The notes under the pieces were generated by a model. It was not told where the DNA came from and searched no databases. It saw nothing but the letters and a program-made list of their open reading frames with translations. From Azolla caroliniana (taxonomy: Eukaryota; Plantae; Polypodiophyta): DNA of 64,000 bases. The first letter of the stretch is position 1. Every line of letters starts with the position of its first letter. Positions 57,735-64,000 of this stretch are shown in pieces. Position numbers and translations under genes: made by a program. The stretch spans positions 7,254,001 to 7,318,000 of the forward strand of contig JBHGNT010000013.1 of NCBI GenBank assembly GCA_043228905.1. Direction: 5' to 3'.

Positions 57735-58375
57735 TACAATTTAGCTCACCCTAGTGGTAAGGAGTCATGCTATTGTTGTTTATGTCTTGGGTTTGATTCC
57801 CAATTTTCTCATCTCTTTCTCTCTCTCTCTCTCATTAGTACCATGTCATAGCAAAATTTTATCTTAGTGTTATAATAGTTTTTTTCTTTTATTTTATTAT
57901 TATTAGAACTAAGCACAATCTAGTGATAAGTTGATGTGCTTACTATTACTTGTGTCTTGGGTTCAATTCCCAACTTTCTCATGTCCTCTTGTTAGTGTCA
58001 TGTTCCTTTTTCTTCTTTTTCTTTCTTTCTTTGTTATTAGAAATTAGCTCACCCAAGTGGTAAGTTGTTATGCTACTACTGCCTATGTCATGGCAAAATT
58101 TTATGTTAGTGTCATGTTCCTTTTTCTTTCTTTCTTTCTTTCTTTCTTATTAGAAATTAGGTCATCCTAGTGGTAAGTTGTTATGCTACTACTGCCTATG
58201 TAATGTTTTCTTCATATTCTCGAATATACGTTTTATGAGTTTTTGATCGTTTCTTTTTTTCTTTTTTTGTTATTAGAAATTAGGTCACCCTAGTGGTAAA
58301 GTTGTTATGCTACTACTGCATATGTCATGTTTTCTTCATATTCTCGAATATACGTTTTATGAGTTTTAAAACGTT
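57735..58375 (+). repeat. Degenerate tandem array of ~5 tRNA-SINE-like units
   Basis: Recurrent TTAGAAATTAG(C/G)TCACCCTAGTGGTAAG..TGCTACTACTG..TATGTC at ~57735, 57903, 58036, 58149 and 58273. The first two units end in GGGTT(T/C)(G/A)ATTCCC, which is B-box-like. Confidence 0.6.
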
Positions 58376-58963
58376 TGATTATAATTTATAATGACATATT
58401 TTGATTCAATATCTATAGTTCATACTCATTTTTTTGTAAAGTTCTAAAGTGAGGATGATAGAGATGTCTTGATTCGCATCCCAAAAGTATGCATGTGATA
58501 TAATGCAAATATTGCAACCATACTTATGTTGGTGGTTCAAAATGGATTAGAGTCCACTTATTGGGATTGAGAGTGAATCAATATATAATATAGAACTTGG
58601 TCAATCCAATCCAACTTTGAAATGATTTACCATACACGTTTGATTAATTCATTCTCGAATGCGAATGTACGTATGATACATATGGTTCATTCTATGAATG
58701 TATGTAAATAATGATGTGGTGGGGATATATGTATGTCATGTGTGTCCGGGTGGGTATGTTGGGGGGTGTGATGTCCGTTTGAACAAATTGTTTTTCTCTT
58801 TTGAAATTACATCTTCTTCTTCTTCTTCTCCCCCCCCCCCCCCACAAAAAAAAAAAAAACACAGCAGACAGAACGCAGAGAGAAAAACGATCGAGAGAAC
58901 GTGAAGCTCTAATGAAAACACGCAAACTAGCGTGCTGTTGGACTCTTCACAGATGAACTTCCC

Positions 58964-59104
58964 ATGGAGACCTTCCATCCACATAACATGGACGATTCTT
59001 CTTCCACGATCACCACTACCACAACTGGTGTCGAGCGTTATAAAAAAGGGAAAACACTCGGAGAAGGTACCTATGGCGTTGTTTACAAAGCCCATGATTC
59101 CCTG
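58964..59104 (+). CDS. Exon 1 of a cyclin-dependent kinase (CDKD/CAK-like or CDKA-like); start may be ATG 58964 or 58988
   Basis: RYKKGKTLGEGTYGVVYKAHD is the CDK glycine-rich loop. It is followed by donor CTG|GTAAGA at 59105. No exon 2 was found in the window. Confidence 0.85.
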
Positions 59105-60250
59105 GTAAGAATCGTTTCCGGTGCCCTGTTTTCTCTCTCTCTGAAGTGATTTCGAAAATTAGGTCATTTTGTGTGATTTAGATCTATTTGTATGCATAAA
59201 AACCAGCGCATTCCGGGTTTTCCATAATCTCCCTCATATTTGGACCTTTCGGGAGAAATCCTTGTTTAGGTTATGATTGTCATATGGCCATTTTCTTTTA
59301 GTTTTGTCTGCAAAAGTTGTAAGTCTGAGATTTCGTAATATCTTTTCTCATAAAAACGTTCCTGTATATGGGCCGTAATGTAATCTGTTGGAGATTTTAA
59401 CGCTCCTAGATTCACTTGTAACAACAGGGAAAGGACGGGTAATTTGAAGTGGAGAACTCGACTTGTAATGATAAAACTTGATTTGTTAATGAAGAGCTTG
59501 AATTTGGCATCATACTCTCCTAAATTTGGTTTTTAATATTTGTCTTGGAGGCATATATTCATTGTTTGTGTTTCTGTTTGGAGTTTCATATCTACAAGAT
59601 GGAAGCATATTTCTTTAATCATGCTCACATCCTAGTTAGGGAGTTGGGTTCATCAAGAAAATATGGTTGATTATGCACCGAACGATACTAGTTCTATGGA
59701 TAGAACCAAAAATTGCTACAAATTACTACATACAGGTTTTCACATCTGCAAGTCATTTATCTTTCTCTAAGGTTTTCGGGTTGACAAAGATTGGGATTAG
59801 TGGAGCTCTATATTCCATGCTTGAATAGAAAGAGAGAATATGGGAATGAAAGATGAGGAGAAGAGGGATATTGGAATGTCAAAATGGCATTGGCTTGTGA
59901 TGGTATTTGAGTGCTGCTTGCAAAGTTCATGTGCAGTCATGGGCAAAAATGCATCATTTTTTGGTGCACTTTTAGTAATTAAAGATGAAGTTGTTGATGT
60001 GATGTGGGAAGAAATGACTGTGGCATGACTGAGTGTAAGACAACTGAATGCAGGATTACTGCTCAGAATGTGTCGAAAATTTGACAAGCAGCAACAAAGA
60101 TGATGTTGATGTTTGTGTAGACAGGCAAGCAGATCCCAATAGCTACCTGTCCATACCATGGAGTTTGGAATTATGGTAGGGCTGCTCAATGTTTTTAGGG
60201 TGGGACTGACACTCTAGAGCTGGCAATCATCAACGGCATTGAGACACAGC

Positions 60251-60920
60251 GCAGATTGAGGAGAAAAGATTGAGATGTAAATAATGTAATGTGAGCAACC
60301 AAGAAATGTGAGGGAGACTAGGTTTGGTAGAAATGATTGGAGGAAGTGGACTAGGCTTACATCCTAAATTAATGCTGATGTATAACATTCTTGTTTATAT
60401 GTTTTGGTGTTCTGAGTGAGTGTGCATGTTTTGGTGTGAAGCTGGGGGTTTCCGTTTTCCTCATGGATTAGTCAGTTTCTGAACCCTTTACTGTGTGTGT
60501 GTGTGTGGATTATGTGTTGTATCTATCGCAGATTGAGGAGAAAAGATTGAGATGTAAATAATGTAATGTGAGCAACCAAGAAATGTGAGGGAGACTAGGT
60601 TTGGTAGAAATGATTGGAGGAAGTGGACATACCATCATAAATTAATATGCCTTGCCATGGTTACAAACACATGGAAACCAAGTATTGCAGCCCACATTGA
60701 GGGAGAAAAGGCCTTGATTGCATGGTAGAAATTCTATGGAGAAGTAGGCTTACATCCTAAATTAATGCTGATGTATAACATTCTTGGTTATATGTTTTGG
60801 TGCTCTGAGTGAGTGTGCATGTTTTGGTGTGAAGCTGGGGGTTTCCGTTTTCCTCATGGATTAGTCGGTTTCTGAACCCTTTACTCTGTGTGTGTGTGTG
60901 GATTATGTGTTGTATCTATC
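60251..60920. repeat. Intronic tandem duplication (60251-60527 and 60528-60920; copy 1 lacks ~115 bp)
   Basis: GCAGATTGAGGAGAAAAGATTGAG.. and ..GTTGTATCTATC each occur twice. Confidence 0.9.
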
Positions 60921-61936
60921 AAATTATGTTGTAAACCATTTGGTTGTCTTATATTGGAATGTGTTAAGTGGAAGTGACGATGTCTAAGCACATTGTCAGT
61001 GGAAGTGTGGGGGTACCTACAACATATTCCCCGTGTTCGTTTTCTCTTTCACACAATTTGCAAAATCGTTTAGCTCTAGATATTTGAATTGCTTGTCTTG
61101 CTTCTATCTCTCAATGGTGGGAGGAGAATCTGAGTTGGCCAATTGCTTTGTGAGAACTGTGGAGCATGTAGACGTCCATGTACCTCATCTTTGGGGAAAA
61201 TGGTTTCCTTGGTGTGATCCAAGGCTTTTGGATCATTGTATTAATCCATTCTCTAAAATGTTAATGAAATGATCCTTGTAATATATGCCATCTTTGGGGA
61301 AAATGGGCCCCTTGGCGTGATCCAAAGCTTTTGGGTATAGAGCTTCTGTAGAACTTGCCCCAGTACCTTGTTCCATACATAATTTTGGATCAGTACACAA
61401 TATCAATAGGCTGGCAACTCGATGTTGAGGCTATTGTTGAACCGCTTCATTATTGTGAGTACCATGATCATTTTATGGGTTTTGTTGTTTCCCTTTGCTT
61501 CAATGCTTCAAAGCCATTTTCGGGGCAAAACCATTGAGGACATTGAGATGGTGTTGTAGACGTGCATGAAATGCCGAGACCAAGATTATGTTATCAGCAT
61601 AAGGAGAATATGCGTACATGTTTTTGTAACCTCTTTGATTTACAGCCCGGAAAGGGCAGGGGAGATTGGGCATCCATGATTCACACCCATGACACTTGTA
61701 ATTACCTCTGATAGCCCCCTTGGACATCTAACTCGTCCCAACACTTTCTCATATAGTGCATATATCGGCCATGTAATATTTAAAATAGAATTATGAGTGG
61801 GTGGAGACTTTCTAGATGTTGCTCCCTTGGTACAATATCAAATGCCATGTGCATTTTCTATGAAGAATTAATACAATCGCTTCTTTTGTGCCTTTGCTTT
61901 GTCCACCTAGTAATGTAATATGAGAATGTAGTTGGT

Positions 61937-64000
61937 TGTAGGGAAGCCTCTTTGAATCCTGCTTGGCATGGGGATGTATCTCTATGGCCTTGGCATAAGT
62001 GTTCCAGTATCAATCGATTTGTCCTTTGAAGGGGCAGCACGAGGATTAGGGTTTAGGTCAACCAGAGAGGGAGAGAGTCCGAATGAGAGACAAAGGGAGA
62101 GAGAGAGAGAGATGCACACTATCTTCGGTACAAAGAGTGTACCACTTTTTTGGTTTTTAGATATTATGTATATACAAGTTAAAAATGTGCTTGTTCACAG
62201 TCATGCACTAATAAAAGGCACGATGGCCCTTTATTCCCAACAACCTCCCACCTAAAGGCAATGTGCCGTGAGAAAAAAGAGAGGAAAGAAAGTCAGCTAA
62301 GTCCAAGTATGTACAAAGCTGAACTACATACATCTATCCAACCCCCATCATTTATCGGCAATGAGCAAATCGCTCAGCTGGAAGACCCTTCGTGAGAAGA
62401 TCTGCAGGATTATTATTTGTATGTACTTTGACAAGCTCAATGTTCTTGCTGTCAAGTACATCTCTGATGAAGTGATACTTCACTTGTATGTGCTTCGTCT
62501 TTGCATGAAAGACGAGATTCCGAGCTAGCATGATAGAACTCTGGCTGTCACAATGAAGAATAGGTAACTCTGTAATGCCAAGATCTCTCACTAGATATGA
62601 AAGCCATAAAGCCTCCTTGCAGGCCTCAGTGGCAGCTACTAACCACTCCATCTGTAGTAGACAATGCAACACACTTTTGTAGTCTGGAGATCCAAGAGAC
62701 TGCTCCTCTTGTGAAAGTAAACACATACCCAGAAGTAGACTTTCTGCAGTCCGCGTGACCAGCATAGTCCGCATCCGTAAAACCAACGATAGATGCCTTT
62801 TGCTTTCCAAAGCAAATGCACAAGTCCTTTGTGCCTTTGAGGTATCTCATAATGCCTTTCACCGCTTCCCAATGCTTTTTGCCGGGATTTGCCATGTACC
62901 TACTAACCACTCCCTCTGTAGTAGACAATGCAACACACTTTTGTAGTCTGGAGATCCAAGAGACTGCTCCTCCTGTGAAAGTAAACACATACCCAGAAGT
63001 AGACTTTCTTCAGTCCGCGTGACCAGCATAGTTCGCATCCGTAAAACCAACGATAGATGCCTTTTGCTTTCCAAAGCAAATGCACAAGTCCTTTGTGCCT
63101 TTGAGGTATCTCATAATGCCTTTCACCGCTTCCCAATGTTTTTTGCCGGGATTTGCCATGTACCTACTAACCACTCCCTCTGTAGTAGACAATGCAACAC
63201 ACTTTTGTAGTCTGGAGATCCAAGAGACTGCTCCTCCTGTGAAAGTAAACACATACCCAGAAGTAGACTTTCTTCAGTCCGCGTGACCAGCATAGTTCGC
63301 ATCCGTAAAACCAACGATAGATGCCTTTTGCTTTCCAAAGCAAATGCACAAGTCCTTTGTGCCTTTGAGGTATCTCATAATGCCTTTCACCGCTTCCCAA
63401 TGTTTTTTGCCGGGATTTGCCATGTACCTACTAACCACTCCCTCTGTAGTAGACAATGCAACACACTTTTGTAGTTTGGAGATCCAAGAGACTGCTCCTC
63501 CTGTGAAAGTAAACACATACCCAGAAGTAGACTTTCTTCAGTCCGCGTGACCAGCATAGTTCGCATCCGTAAAACCAACGATAGATGCCTTTTGCTTTCC
63601 AAAGCAAATGCACTAGTCCTTTGTGCCTTTGAGGTATCTCATAATGCCTTTCACCGCTTCCCAATGCTTTTTGCCGGGATTTTCCATGTACCTACTAACC
63701 ACTCCCATTGCAAAAGCAATATCAGGGTGTGTAGCAACTATCGCATATATCAAACTGCCAATGGCTGAAGCATATGGAACCTTAGCCATTTCAGCCTTCT
63801 CATCATCAGATGTAGGGCTGTCTTCTGCACTGAGTTTCAAATATGGAGGCAATGGAACCCCATTTGTTCCCCCCCCCCCCCCCCCCTCCATATTGAAATG
63901 CTGCAAAACCTTAGAGATATACTCTTGCTGAGATAGAAAGAGTACCCCTTTCGACCGGTTTCGGAGTATTCTCATGCCAAGGATGTGATTTGCATCACCA
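61937..64000 (-). mobile_element. Tnt1/Tork-like Copia C7, 3' part (RT end, RNase H, PPT, 3' LTR ~61937-62242), inside the CDK intron
   Basis: VPYASAIGSLIY, HWEAVKGIMRYL, KTKHIQVKYHFIRD; PPT AGGTGGGAGG before TGTTGGGAA. The left LTR boundary is uncertain. Confidence 0.82.
62636..63705 (-). repeat. Four near-identical 264-bp tandem units within C7 pol
   Basis: The ORF track repeats with period 264 (62755, 63019, 63283, 63547). Confidence 0.95.

Noticed and set aside
59105-61936. Further CDK exons or other host genes
   Set aside because: No VAIKK, PSTAIRE-like or HRD motifs in any listed ORF; AT-rich intron-like sequence.
62636-63705. Regular repeats as a CRISPR array
   Set aside because: No unique spacers, the units are Copia pol sequence, and the context is eukaryotic.

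Overview
Eukaryotic, plant-type genomic DNA. The retroelement lineages suggest a non-seed plant such as a fern or lycophyte, but that is inference. About 54 kb is one nested stack of LTR retrotransposons, resolved from TG..CA ends, primer-binding sites (PBS), polypurine tracts (PPT) and target-site duplications (TSD). An old Copia (C2, 2236-53661) contains a Tnt1-like Copia (C1, 1-2235, minus) and a 45-kb Gypsy (G1, 7173-52349, TSD TCAAG). G1 contains Copia C4 (~10708-40052) and an intact chromovirus G3 (40173-45838, TSD AAACC). C4's 5' LTR contains Copia C3 (10933-35225, TSD GTTGG). C3 contains Copia C5 (11310-17019, minus), a GC-rich Gypsy G2 (18363-25621, 4-bp TSD) and Copia C6 (26518-32215). 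Downstream are element debris, a tRNA-SINE-like array, exon 1 of a CDK-family kinase gene, and a long intron holding a Copia remnant with a 264-bp in-frame tandem amplification. The most unusual signals are in replication cis-elements. G1 has a sense copy of its primer-tRNA 3' end where the PPT should be, which raises possible tRNA priming of both strands. G3 has a Tf1-type self-priming site and a tRNA-like Pol III A/B-box hairpin as the first 70 bp of its LTR. G2 uses a tRNA-Trp PBS and a Gag-PR / -1 frameshift / RT-RH-INT layout. All coordinates were read by eye, and family or lineage names come from motif recall rather than database searches.
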